From NCBI GenBank assembly GCA_051047955.1, contig JBPGPT010000006.1:372001-436000 (forward strand): a stretch of DNA of 64,000 nt, written 5' to 3'. Numbering within the stretch: the stretch's first letter is position 1; every line of letters begins with the position of its first letter. A program made the translations under genes and the position numbers. Under the pieces are notes generated by a model, which did not search any database, was not told where the DNA came from, and saw only the letters and a list, made by a program, of their open reading frames with translations. Below, in pieces: positions 13,702 through 26,084 of the stretch. Source of the stretch: Cystobasidiomycetes sp. EMM_F5 (lineage: Eukaryota).

Positions 13702-15949
13702 CTAGGTGATGGAGTACCTATAGCACAAGTAATGAATCAGACACGCTCACGCCATCTCGCATCGCGACTTACTTTGGCCCTCCCATCGGTGGAACCCATT
13801 CAATGTCCTGCGTGGGCACTTTGATGCTGCACGTCCTTTAAAGGCGCGCAATGCTCATCAGCAAAAGCCACACACGCGGCCCATCTCCGTCTCACTCACT
13901 TGCAATGAATGCAATTCTGCGAGTTGATGACAAATTTTTTACCGTCCGCATGCTCGCCCGCTTCGCCTGGCTCCACATCCTGATATTCGTACACTGCCGC
14001 TGGACATGCATTGCCAAGCAGGCCAGCAAACGGTTTCGCATTTTGCCTTGTATGTCTTGCATAGTCTCCATCCTTGACGACAAGATGGACCGGCTGGTTC
14101 TCGGCGTGATTCGTGCCCGTTCTCGCGACGCTCGTCAGAATATCGAATGACAATTCCCCGTCTGGCGCAGGATAGTCTATCGGCTTGTAGTCTTTGGCAG
14201 GTCTAGTTGCAGCATAGTCCTCTCCCGGGTGATGGAACGTCCAGGGTACCCTCCCTTTGAAGAAGATGGAATCTAACCCGCTGTATGCTATACCGCCAAT
14301 CATGCCCAGCGGATTGTGGAAAGAAGGTCGGAGATTTCGCACCTCCTTCAGCTCCTTCATGACCGAGCTGTTATCCAATGCCGTCTGGTAGGCTGGAATG
14401 TCTAACGATTGGAACGGCTTTGTATCGTCCTCACTCTGGCTTTCTTCAGCTTCAACTTCCGGTGCAGCTTGGACGATGGCATCGAACGCCGCCTCGGCCG
14501 CTAGCATGCCAGACTTCATCGCCGTATGCGTGCCCTTGATCTTTGGCACGTTCAGGAAACCGGCGGCACAGCCAATTAGACCGCCACCAGGAAAAGTGAG
14601 CTTGGGTATCGATTGGTATCCTCCTTCATTCAGCGCACGAGCTCCGTACGCAATACATTCTCCGCCTTTCAGTATTTCAGCAAAAAACGGATGATGCTTC
14701 ATGCGCTGGAAATGGCGTGGGCGTCAGTGAATTTGCCGAGAGAGAGCTAGCACAGCCCACCTGAAATTCTCTGAAAGGCGAAATATACGGGTTCTTGTAA
14801 TCTAACCCGATGACCAGCCCCAGCGATACCATCTCGTCTTCCATATGATACAGCCAACTTCCACCGTATGTATGCCTGTTGAGGGGCCAGCCGAGCGTAT
14901 GCACAACTTTGCCAGGTACATGCTTCTCTTTTGGTATTCTCCACACCTCCTTGATTCCCAAGCCGTACGTCTGTGGGTCTTTGCCTTCGCGAAGGTTAAA
15001 GTGCTTGATGGCCTTTAGCGACAGTGACCCATGTGCACCTTCAGCAAGCAGCGTGACTTTGGCTCGAAACTCCATGCCTGGCTCAAACTGCTCTTTCGGC
15101 TTGTAATTCTTGTCGAGCCCAATGTCATTCGTAATGACACCGCATACTCTTGTCTTGTCTTCATTGTACAGCAGCTTCGCTCCAGCAAAACCAGGATATA
15201 TCTCCACCCCTAGCTCTTCCGCTTGTTCGCTCAGCCACCGTGTCAATTTGGAAAGCGAAATGATGTAGTTGCCCTTGTTGTTCATCTGGGGTGGATGAGG
15301 TAGCGGCCAAGATCCTGATGGAGTAAGATAGCGCATTGTGTCACTCGTAGCGGGCTGGTTTAATGGAGCGCCCAGTTCTTTCCAATTCGGAATCAGCTCG
15401 TTGAGTGCGGATGGCTGAATGACTGCGCCCGAGAGAATATGGGAGCCTGTAGATATATGTCAGCCAGTGACATCAACAGAGTAGGAAATTCATAGACTTG
15501 CCGACTTCGCCTCCTTTCTCCAGCACTACCACCCGGATCTCACGGTCATTCTCCTTTGCGAGCTGCATCAAGCGTATCGCAGCGCTCAAGCCGGCCGGCC
15601 CTCCGCCCACGATGCATACATCGACTTCATCGCTCGTCCGTTCAACAGCGTCCAGGTCGAATGCTTCTTCCGCATCCGCTTCGTCGACTACAGGTTGGTC
15701 GACAACGGTGGCCAAATGTCGTTTTGCAGATGTGGACAGGTGACGCGGAAGATATGCGATGCGTATGTTGTGTCGGTCTATGCAACTGGATACTGAGGCT
15801 CTGGAAGTCCGGGTGGTGAACGATGCGCTCCTCGAGCACGATGCCACACAGCTGAGATTTCTAGCTCGAACATGCAGCGACGGTTCTACGTATTTGACGA
15901 GGCACTCGATAGTTCCCTGGCGCACTCGTCTTGACAGGGTATGTTGCAT
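13702..15949 (-). CDS. ETFDH: Electron transfer flavoprotein-ubiquinone oxidoreductase (ETF-QO), mitochondrial; start codon uncertain
   Basis: DVCIVGGGPAGLSAAIRL, HILSGAVI, GARALNEGGYQSIPKL, VPKIKGTHTAMKSG and the 4Fe-4S motifs ACPAAVYE and NCIHCKTC. The last small exon ends YSIT*. Confidence 0.95.
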
Positions 15950-16110
15950 ATTTGCAGAGTTGTGCAAAGGAAAAGCGCACCTCGTTACCACAAGTTTGCC
16001 AACTCTGCCCAACATACGGAACTCCGTCGTCGCCGAAGCCGGTGGGCACCTTTTGGTCCAATCAGCGGAGTCGAGTATACGCATACGTCTAGAGAGGAGA
16101 GCTGCACACC

Positions 16111-17226
16111 ATGTCTGTACCATCTGCAGTAAGAGCGGGCAACGTCGCAGTCATCACTGGAGCTGGCAAGTCGCGGCGACTTCCGCTGCTATAGCGAGTC
16201 CATCGTCTAATATTGGAAGTACAGGCTATGGCGGAATCGGCTACGCGCTCGCAAAGACGTTTGCGGGGCACAAGATGAAGCTCGCGCTCATCGACAATTC
16301 CCAAGAGCACCTCTCAAAAGCCGTCTCGGAAATGCAGAGTGGCAGCAGCAACGATGACGTCCTGAGCGTCAAGGCAGACGTGTCCAGCTTTGAAGACATG
16401 CAAAAGGCTGCAAAGGAGGTCAATGACAAGTTTGGAAAGGTCAACGTATTGTGCTTGAATGCGGGAACTGGCGCAAAAGGCGCAAACACCTTTGATTCTG
16501 ACATGGCCTCGTGGCAAAAGGTGAGTCCCAATCGCAGGCCATCTTCACCTGGCTCACGCTATCATATAATCTGTGATCAGGTTCTCGGTGTCAACTTGCT
16601 AGGCGTCATCTACGGCAGTAATGCCTTTGTCGGCGACATGGTCAAGAGTAAGGAGGATGGGTTGGTAATCGTTACTGGCAGCAAACAAGGCATCACTTGC
16701 CCGCCTGCGTCAGGAGCAGCATACAACGTCTCCAAAGCAGGTGTCAAGACATTTACAGAGCAGCTCGCTCATGAACTGAGGGAAGCGACCGATGAACGGA
16801 TCACGGCACACTTGCTCGTCCCAGGCTGGACTTTTACAAAGGTCCGTACACCAGTGCTGATACGTGGAAGAGAGTCTAGTGTCTGACCAAGGGATGTTAG
16901 CTGACAAACGGAAGCGGAGCAACGGAGAAGCCGAAAGGAGCTTGGTATCCCCAGCAGGTCGTCGATTACGGCTTGCCAAGAATAGCCAAAGGAGAATTCT
17001 GTGCGTCTCGGCAGTGTTCGTATTTGTAAATTTTGGCTGAGACATTTCGCTCCCCACCATAATAGACATAATTTGTCCCGATGACGACGTGACAAGCGAG
17101 ATGGACAAGGCGCGGATGGAATGGTCTGCCAACGACGTTGTCCAGAATAGACCGGCTCTCTCGAGGTGGAGCAAGTCGCACAAGGATGAATTCGAAGCCT
17201 TCATGAAGCAGAAGCTGGGCAATTGA
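16111..17226 (+). CDS. Short-chain dehydrogenase/reductase (SDR)
   Basis: VAVITGAGYGGIG is rebuilt across a GC-AG intron 16166-16224. Also LNAG, TGSKQG and catalytic YNVSK. Ends MKQKLGN*. Confidence 0.9.
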
Positions 17227-17410
17227 AGAGTGTGGCATAAGCGAACGCGGCGAGAACGTTGTAGCTTAGAACCAGCATAATTGCATTCACTATAGCAACA
17301 ACATCAATGAAGTCGAAAGATATCGCACTTCCCACGGCAACTGCGACGACGTGTCTATCAACCAGGCCCAAAAAAAGGCTGCTCGTGCGCGATACAAGTA
17401 TGTGGGCAAA

Positions 17411-17789
17411 TCACTTGGATTCGTCGTAGATGGCACCGAAGCATTCTTTGCCAGTCTTGGAGTGTTTATTCGAAGCGTGCTCGTCCATTCCCTATCAGAA
17501 GCACATTTATCGCGTCAGTCAGGTCAATGGAGATTTGGGAAAAGAAAAAACCTGCTCCGACCGACGCACCTTTTTGTTTGTCGTAGCAAAGAAGGATTGT
17601 TTGCAGATTGTGCATTGCTTGTTCATAGCTGCTTCGTTGGTCTTGAGCTGAGACTTGGCTTCAGCTTTGCCCTTGCCGTCGTTTCGTTCACGCTTTTGCT
17701 GAGCCTGGGGGCCGCAATGGGTCTCAGTTAATAGGCGGACCGCAGACTGAACGGTGCGTAGTAATATGTACCTTTGCACCGTTGCCCAT
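17411..17789 (-). CDS. Small C2H2 zinc-finger protein of the ZNF706/At2g23090 family
   Basis: Spliced product MGNGAKAQQKRERN...KSQLKTNEAAMNKQCTICKQSF...DEHASNKHSK...CF, built from 3 exons. Confidence 0.88.
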
Positions 17790-17993
17790 GGCTGTGCAAG
17801 TGCGGAGTCTGCAGTAATGTGGAGTCTGGGTGCGTTAGAGTCAGAGGACTGCCTACTCAAGTGGCAACAGGCTGGGCCAAGCAGGGATGCACAACTATCA
17901 ACAGATTGAGCAGAGCGTATATACATCCTGTGTCGGACTAGAGCTACATAGATTTCACAGACAGAAAAAGCGCTGGAACAAGTGGAGGTCGCT

Positions 17994-18725
17994 TCAAGCA
18001 CGATGAGCGGAGGCTGGAGCAGCGACTGGTGCAGACGTAGTCGAGGAAGGAATAGCAGTAGTGGCGGTAGTCCTGGTTGGCTCCTGTGTCTGAGCAGCCT
18101 CGCTTGCGGAAGAGTCTCCGGCTACCTTTGTGGAGATCCAGTCGTATGCCGATGTGAAGATGCCTACGACAGGGTGCGGCGGAAGATCGTACTCTGGCTG
18201 AGGCGTCTTGGGATTTGGCTTGCCCTTGCCATTTGGATACTTGAGCGCGTTGAGCTCTGTCTCCTTCTTGGACAGCTCAGTCCTGGCTCGAGCTGGATGG
18301 AATAACGCATCATCCGACGTGGACACGAAAGAACAGAAAGTCAGCGATTCCCAGAGGCGGACGGCGAAGCGTGAGCACATACACAGCCTCGTCTTTGCCT
18401 GCGTGCAGTATGTATACGATCAGCCCACTGCCCTTTCCGGTATAAATGTCGGCCCACGCACATCTTCAGCCACCTCTAGGAGACGACTCGTCTCGAGGTT
18501 GCCCGTCATGCCCCGGCGGGCATTCTCTCTGGACGCGCGGGCAGCAAAGTCTGCCTGTGCCATTGCAGTTGCGTGCGCGTCTTCCAGCCTTGGAATCTCG
18601 GCCTTGAGCGACTGCACCTCTTGCTCGAGCACCTGGACCGGCGAGCCCGTAAACTTCTCTGCGGCAGGCCCGGTGACGGCGTGCTTCTTTGCTGCTTCCT
18701 CGTCGATGGTGAATGGCGGGGACAT
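17994..18725 (-). CDS. Hypothetical coiled-coil protein
   Basis: ORFs 18420-18725 and 17994-18380 join in frame through two GT-AG introns and a 16-nt microexon (AKTRL-S). No family recognised. Confidence 0.6.
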
Positions 18726-18850
18726 GGTGCTGAGTGTGAGTATATGTTGACGTGGAGGAGGAGCAAGTCGGCATCAGCGTCACTGCAGCAGCCCGAATGA
18801 CCTGATCGACAAATTTTTGATGTCAAGTCGGGCAATTACCAGAGTGATTT

Positions 18851-20455
18851 ATGAGCATTCATACTGCAAGCATGTCTATGCAAGACTATGACTTGGACAA
18901 TCTGATCCTCGATGCAGCTCCGTTGCTGTCGACGGCAGCTTCGGCGTCAAATTCGGCTTTGCGTGGCATGGCAAAGAATTTCCTCACAACGCCAGACGTC
19001 GTAGCCGAGATTCGAGACAAGACTTCGAGGGAACTCTTTGCAACAACACTCTCAGTACTAGGCTTGGAGACTCAAGATGGCGCAGAGACTGGCGGACTGC
19101 AAGTAAAGGAGCCGTCTCTGGAAAGTGTGGCAAAGGGTATATACACAAGGTGGTAGCTTTTTCCCGCTCTGAGCTGATAAAAGCTCTTCACCTTGCAGTA
19201 ACAAACTTTGCAAGGCTTACAGGCGATATCGCTGTTCTTTCGCAAGCCGATATCAGGGTGCTCGCCCTTACGTATGCCCTCGAAGTCGAGTTGAACGGTA
19301 CCAGGAGACTCCGCGAAGCTCCTGGTCGTTTGAGCGAAGAGGAGACTGTTCGAGAACAGAAGAAGCGCGAGAGGTTGGCAGCCAAACCTCCTAAGGCAGA
19401 CAGCGAACAGTCAGCAGAGCGGCCTGAAAAACCGCTACCTGTTCAGCAGGAACCAGAGGCGCAGTCTGCAGGACTTGATGCATCGTCCAGCGACCACGCA
19501 TCAACTCCAAGTGAGGGCGAAGAGCCCGTCGCTGGGCCGAGCAAACCAAAGCACGAGACCACAATAGCCGAAACCGAGTCAGATCAAGTCCCTACTAACG
19601 ATGACGATGATTCCGATCCTGATTCAGGGGAATGGATCACCCCGAAAAACGTTACGCTACACAAGTCCCGAGATCTAGGCCTCTTCCCCTCCTTACCATC
19701 TAACGCGCCGGAAAATTTGGCAACGTCAAAGTCTGGAAAAAAATCAAAGTCAAAAACGGTGCTGAAGGTTGCTTGCCTTACTGGAGATTTTGCCATGCAG
19801 AATGTGGCTCTGCAAATGGGTCTGAATGTGTTTGGCGTGGGCGGCAAGAAAGTCAAGGAGGTCAGGACGTGGATATTGCGGTGTCATGCGTGTTTCAAGT
19901 GAGTCTGGCGTATCTATCGCACAATTTTTTGATTTGCTAAGTCAAGCGAGCAACAGGCTCTGCAAAGACCCCACAAAGAAGTTCTGCCCGTCGTGTGGTA
20001 ATCCAACTCTCCTGCGGACATCCATCAGCTACGTAGAACCGACACCGGATAATCCACAAGGTTACATTTTGCATCTAAAGTCAAACTACCAATATCATAC
20101 TCGCGGGACGCAATACAGCATCCCAAATCCTAAGCCTGGCTCGTCCAATGCGCTGAAGAACGTGTCAGATGGGCCGCTCATCCTGCGAGAGGATCAAAAG
20201 GAATGGCAAAGAGGTGTGAAACGAGCAGAGATCGCCAAGAGCAAGCAAGAAAAGGCGGCTGCGAAAGCGATGCGAGAAGGTAGAGGGAATGCCGTTTTCG
20301 GAGGCTTAAGTCTTGACGACCCTGACTGGATGCCGGGCATGATGCTTGGAGATGGAAACAAGTCTGGAGGCCCAGCTAGCGCCAGGACTGGCAAAGACGG
20401 TTTACCCATCATTGGATTTGGTCGGAGAAATCCGAATGCCAATGGAAGGCGCTGA
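18851..20455 (+). CDS. NOB1: 20S pre-rRNA D-site endonuclease NOB1
   Basis: PIN domain (LILDAAPLL, VVAEIRD, TGDIAVLSQADIRVLALTY), GEWITPKN, DFAMQNVALQMGL and the zinc ribbon LRCHACFK...FCPSCGNPTL. Confidence 0.95.
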
Positions 20456-20872
20456 CAGATCCGTTCACCAACTGGGAGTTAGATGAAGATGGGAGTATGG
20501 TGTTGTCTCCGTGTAGAATCACGCCGGGCTTTTGCTCAATCCTAAGCGATAGGACGTTTCACGACCGATGACAAGGTGACATGGTCGCTGACGGATCTTG
20601 GTTGACTGGTCCGGCGCGTTCGACCGACAGAAAATGGACGGTTGCACAGTATCATGCTCGCGCTGTACTCACAGGCTGACGATCATAGTATTTTGCACAG
20701 GCCTTCACGCACCTTGGATCAAACTAGAGTCCTCCAGCTATTCATCCCTCCTTGAGAGCTGTCGCTATCACGACCGCGCTCTTCGATTCAATAAGCTGTT
20801 GATACGCAAGGGTACTTCCAATCTCACCAACTACAGCGAACCCTGTTGACAACACCCGTGGCTCGATTGATT

Positions 20873-22078
20873 ATGACGGATTTGAATTCACCGTTTCCGG
20901 ACGATGTCGTCCGAAGCATTTTCGGGATCTTCGAGGCGGAGCAGCTAGGAGGGACCTTCGAATGGGAGAAAGATGTTCTTGCTTACCAACGCCTCTGGCT
21001 CGCTTTGACTAAGACATGCCGGCAGTTTCGTAGAGTGGCTGCCCAATTTCGGCGAGTCGTGACGCTTCAGGATAATGCTGCTGTCCGCAGCTTCACCTCC
21101 TACCATCGACGATACCCTGTTCATGGTCTACGCATAATCTGTGCACCTCACATCACAGCTCGAAAATCGGCTAGGCTGCACAGACAAGTGGGACCTGCCG
21201 TCACTCATCTCTCTATCCCATACAAGTGGATGTGCTCAAAGAAGGGCTACTGTATGCTGGAGAGCAATATAACTTCGGTACAGTCCGTGTCAATCTATCA
21301 CGTGTCGTGGCGTATTGCGCGCTACCGGGGAGCCGGTACCAACAGCCGCTTTTGGGACCTGGCTTCTCGCTTAGAGCGCATCGACCGCGTCCGAAATCTG
21401 CAATTAAGTTGCCTTGACATCAGGTTGGGACTGAGCATCTCGGTCCATCTACGCAGCCTTTGTCTAGACGGAATCACCTTCACCAGTGAGGAGTCTGCCG
21501 TACATTTCGGCAGAACCTGCAAGATGGCAGTTCGAGAGTTGCAGCTACGCAATATGAGCGTCACTTATTCGGAAGTGTTTTGTTTTCTCAATGCAATTGG
21601 ACCCAGTCTCGACGCTCTTACCTGGTACTGCAGTATTAACGACTGGTTACAATACCAATCAACCCGGATAAACCCTAAAGAGGGAGCTGAGGGAGCTAGT
21701 CTGCGCTCTTCATGGCCCTGGCGTCTGCTCAGTCTGGACTTCGGTGAAGAAAACTCACGCAAAACGATTTCCGCTGCTGGATCGCTTGTCCCTGCCATTC
21801 GTGCGTTGCCTTCGGGCCTCACTTCGCTCTCCATACGTGGTATACTTCCTCCATTGGCAGAAGCGCTGTTTGCCGAATTTGCCGCCAACACCGTATATCT
21901 TCGACACTTACGTGAGCTACCACGATTGTGTCCGACTGGTGCGCTAGGTGTTGCTACATTCCATCTATGTCTCGGAGAAGATGGCATTATGAATAAGACA
22001 ACAGCACTGACTGCGTTGAGGGCGCGTGGTATCGGCATTTCAGATCATGCACTAGAGACGACGGTTTGGGGCCAGTAA
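20873..22078 (+). CDS. F-box-like/LRR-like protein, tandem array copy 1
   Basis: Intronless ~400 aa ORF. F-box-like start (FPDDVVRSIF...LTKTCRQFRRVA), LxxLxL repeats, and C-terminus ALTALRARG...TVWGQ shared with its neighbours. Confidence 0.75.
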   Translation: MTDLNSPFPDDVVRSIFGIFEAEQLGGTFEWEKDVLAYQRLWLALTKTCRQFRRVAAQFRRVVTLQDNAAVRSFTSYHRRYPVHGLRIICAPHITARKSARLHRQVGPAVTHLSIPYKWMCSKKGYCMLESNITSVQSVSIYHVSWRIARYRGAGTNSRFWDLASRLERIDRVRNLQLSCLDIRLGLSISVHLRSLCLDGITFTSEESAVHFGRTCKMAVRELQLRNMSVTYSEVFCFLNAIGPSLDALTWYCSINDWLQYQSTRINPKEGAEGASLRSSWPWRLLSLDFGEENSRKTISAAGSLVPAIRALPSGLTSLSIRGILPPLAEALFAEFAANTVYLRHLRELPRLCPTGALGVATFHLCLGEDGIMNKTTALTALRARGIGISDHALETTVWGQ

Positions 22079-22569
22079 GATCGCTACGCGCTTAGTTGTG
22101 AGTGTATCAGAAAGCTGCTGGACTTTTACGCAAAGTCCCTGCCTTTTCGACTTCGTCGATCAGGGTCGGAAGTGCTGTGGCTTCCCTCTTACTCGTTAAC
22201 GCACCCATGATAATTCTCTCAGGCCACCGCCTTTGCCCTGACATTTGATTGTCGTGCTGAATACGCTTTTCACATACCCTTGGTCAAAAGACTGATAAAC
22301 GACAAATGCCTTCAAGTTGCAGTCGGTGTTCGCTCACTGTAGCTTTTACTTAATGAGCCATATCCGCAGGACAGGCTAACAAAATTGTTCCTCCAGAATT
22401 GATGTCCGGGCTTCTAAGTTATCTAACTTTATCTCATGGGACCGGTAACGATCTGAGAACTTGGAAGAGCTGACATCGGCAAAAAGCACTGATTGGCCGC
22501 TTGTCTGACACTTCAACGAAAAGTGCGCCTATCTCTTCATCTCATACTTACAGTACAGAGACTTTGTCG

Positions 22570-23917
22570 ATGACAGATAGGATTTCAGCTGGATGGAAGA
22601 CGGCAGCATGGGTAACATATCCGGCATCAAGCTGGGTGAGTCACACCGTTGTGGCAATTAGATGTTTGACCGGCACTGATAGATGCCAATCTGCCTCAAA
22701 GACACGCTCAAAGCCAAGTCTCTCGATTGATATAATTGCTCACATCTTCGACATCATCGAAATTGAAGAGCTTGACGGAAAGCAGCCATGGAACGAGATT
22801 GCTACTGCGACGCAGTGGTTATGGTCCCGGTTCAGCCTTGTCTCTACGCAGTGGTACAAGCTATCTACCAGGCATCGCGCATCGTCAGTCTTCAGAATGA
22901 TAAAGCTGCTCTCAGCTTTCTGAGTTTTCAGAGAGACCATCCGCAAAAGGATGTCCACCTCAAGATTGGCGAACATCTGTCCGCTGCTGTGCAACTCCAG
23001 CTCGGAACAGAGCTGGCTGCTGTTGTCACTCATCTCGCGATTCCTTCTTCCGTGCTCGTGGGGAGGATGCCATATTCTTTCTTCTTTGTTGGAGGTGCGC
23101 CCCTTCAGGCTATCACTATTTATGCGACAGACTTCTTCCCGAGGATACGTGAGTGTATCCACTCCGTATCCCTGTCACTACCGTTCTGGCGCACCGCTTG
23201 GAATCTCATGGAATTTGCATCGGCATGTCACGTCCGACTTTCTGTGGCTGCCATCTCCGCTCAAGTCGGTGGTTTCTCCCAGCCTTTTGGTAATATCCGT
23301 AGCTTGTCTCTCTACAAGATTGAATTCAAGAATGTGGCGGCGCTCGAGCACTTCGCCAGCGGTCTTGTGGCTACGTTGAAGCATCTGCAATTGCGAGATG
23401 TGACGTGTGGCGGCTCTGGGGACGGTGCCACATTTCAAACTTGTTTGGTATAGTCGGTCCTGCCCTCGAAACTCTCCGCTGGGAGTGTTCAGTGGAAGAC
23501 TACATGCGACTGCAACCTCATGACCCGGGAAGCACCCACGATGGCAATCAGCCCCTGGTCAATCTACAACGCCTTGATTTAAAGTTCTCGCGCTGCACTG
23601 TCGACCCCGCCGAGCTTAAAATATGGGCACTGCAATCTAGCGTATTCCCCTCATCAGTCAAATTTTTGACGGTCGAGAATATCCCACCAATCTTCGCCGA
23701 AGGCTTATTCGAGCAACTGGCCACTAATCGGCGGTTTCTTCCGCTGTTGGAGGCCCTTCCCCGACTGCGACGGTTTCGTTACAAGACAGACTTGTTTCTT
23801 GACAAGATAGGTAGAGACGGTATAGCAAGCAGAGACAAGGCGCTACGAGCATTGCGAGCCCGTGGCATACGGCCAACGGCTCGTGAGCTCGATATGACTG
23901 TTTGGGGACTGCAGTGA
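22570..23917 (+). pseudogene. F-box-like/LRR-like protein, tandem array copy 2, frameshifted (pseudogene or assembly error)
   Basis: Homology to copies 1, 3 and 4 is split over three frames, with shifts near 22879 and ~23420-23445 and no room for introns. Ends ALRALRARG...TVWGLQ*. Confidence 0.65.
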
Positions 23918-24257
23918 TGAAACTGTTTTGTTCATAGTATAAGCGAAGTTCGAAACCATCATCCTGGGACTCGCTGTCCCCGTCAATGACCGACGATGAC
24001 CGTTTGACGCAACGCTGACTGTCTGACTGTAATTTCCACTGCATAAATATGTTGACTTAGCTCTCACGGGTAATAACCTGCTCCAACTGCATCTCTTGCT
24101 GTGTTCACGGCAGAGAGAAGGCACCAGCGTTGCCTACAACAGCCAAGGCTGCAGCTCTGCCGAACATTCCCTTCACCAGCTACAAGATCATCTGTCCGTG
24201 CAAGCCGTTCTTTGCAACACAAACGCAAATCGCTGCTGGCTGCATCCGAAGGGAGTC

Positions 24258-25445
24258 ATGACAGTAGCAAGATTGTCAATCGATGTAGTGGCAATCGTCT
24301 TCCGAATCCTGGAGGCTGAGCAACTGCAAGACACATTCACATGGGAGGAGGATGCTTGGCTTCATCAAAGGGTTTGGCTTGCTCTGACGAAGACATGTAG
24401 ACAATTTCATAAATTGGCGAGCAAGCATCGCAGGGTCATCTTACTTCACGACGACGCAGGAGTTCGCAGTTTTGGTTCTTATCACCGTCGGTATCCGCTG
24501 GATGGGCTACGCATCAAATGCATGCCTGACATCACTGCTAAAGGAATTACTCGGATTCAGAAACGAGCAGGTGCAGCAATTACGCACTTGTCAGTCCCAC
24601 CCTCGTGGATACGGTCAGGCAAAGTGCAAAGCATATTGCACCACGACATCATGTCAACATATGCGCTCTGTATCACTCCTAGTACGCCCAAAGAAATCAG
24701 CGACCCGAATCTTGGGATGACTAGCCTGTTCTGGAATTTGGCAAAAACATTGCAGCACTTCAAGTATATACGAGCGCTTCAAATTAGCAAAATGCGGATC
24801 GAACAGCTCTTCATACCATACAATGACATTCATATTCAGCACATATATTTCGATGGGGTGACATTTCTCGACGAGCGGTCTGCCCAACATTTTGGCAGAA
24901 TGCTGAAAGAAAATGTACGCAACCTCCGGATGTGTAACATGGGAGTCGCAGACAATAAATTGACAGACTTTCTATATACCATTGGACCGAGTCTCGAGTC
25001 TCTTCACTGGGATTGCCGCTACAAAGACTGGCAGCGATTTCAATCACCTTCGCTGAGCCGACAGCTGCTGTTTCAGAAGTCTACGTGGAATCTACGACGT
25101 CTCACTCTCGACTTCACTTCCAGCGGATATGGTGTCCTCGACCATGAGAAAGCTGGCGCTGCCGAATTTTGGTTACCCTCATCGCTCAAGTCTCTTGCTA
25201 TCAAGGCAATACCTCCACAGGCAGCAAAGTTCCTTCTCATGAGATTGGCATTGCAAGATGCGTTCCTTCCGGACTTGCTTGAACTACCGCGACTATGTGC
25301 GCCCAGTGTACAGGATTATCCCGGGTTTCAGCTATGTCTGGGTAAAGACGGCCGGGAGTACAAGGTGCTGGCCTTGGCTGCACTGAGGGAGCGCGGTATT
25401 AGTATGTCTACCTGTGAGCTAGACCTGACGTTATGGGGTGCGTAA
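24258..25445 (+). CDS. F-box-like/LRR-like protein, tandem array copy 3
   Basis: Intronless ORF and closest paralog of copy 1 (shares WLALTKTCRQF, VRSF.SYHRRYP..GLRI, IGPSL). Ends ALAALRERG...TLWGA*. Confidence 0.78.
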   Translation: MTVARLSIDVVAIVFRILEAEQLQDTFTWEEDAWLHQRVWLALTKTCRQFHKLASKHRRVILLHDDAGVRSFGSYHRRYPLDGLRIKCMPDITAKGITRIQKRAGAAITHLSVPPSWIRSGKVQSILHHDIMSTYALCITPSTPKEISDPNLGMTSLFWNLAKTLQHFKYIRALQISKMRIEQLFIPYNDIHIQHIYFDGVTFLDERSAQHFGRMLKENVRNLRMCNMGVADNKLTDFLYTIGPSLESLHWDCRYKDWQRFQSPSLSRQLLFQKSTWNLRRLTLDFTSSGYGVLDHEKAGAAEFWLPSSLKSLAIKAIPPQAAKFLLMRLALQDAFLPDLLELPRLCAPSVQDYPGFQLCLGKDGREYKVLALAALRERGISMSTCELDLTLWGA

Positions 25446-26084
25446 GGTAGAAAACATACCTGCGGAGATCTAGGCCAATATAGAGTATCTTGATGTGCTT
25501 ATGCACAATGTCGCCATCCTTGAGCTCTTCAGACCATGCCATTAGACCATGCCACTGCTTTGAAATATGTATGTACGGGTTCCAGTTCTTCCCATCTTTT
25601 CAACATCAGCAACGCAGGGCAGTCTGAAGGAATACATCTGCTCAGATCACAGATTCGTAAAATATGCTGGCTCCTGACTCTCCATCGATATCGTCTGACT
25701 TGTCTTGTCGAGCTGATTTTCTTCTGCGCCGGTAATGCCGCTGATCATCGACATCACCACTGTGCTTATCATGCTTGGGAATAATCGTAACACACACGTG
25801 GGGAGTACTCCCATCGAGTGTTTCATTGACTAAGAACGGGCCTCGAGATCCGGCAACGGGCATACGCCGCCGGGTCCACCCGCTGACGATGGTGAGTTGC
25901 GGACCCGCTACAGCGCGTGATTCACTCCTGCTCTCTTCCGTGCTGTATGCTCTGCGCACACTATCGCGCGTACATTGAAGCCAACTGTCAACGTCGTACT
26001 TTGGACAGTATGCCCAGACGCGCACATCATATCGGAGCAACCAAGGCTCTAGTGCGACTGCAGCAACATTTCCAGGACGTCAAC

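Noticed and set aside
15759..16886. 375-aa ORF that looks like an N-terminally extended SDR
   Set aside because: The extension is antisense to the ETF-QO 5' end. The real SDR starts at 16111 through a GC-AG intron.
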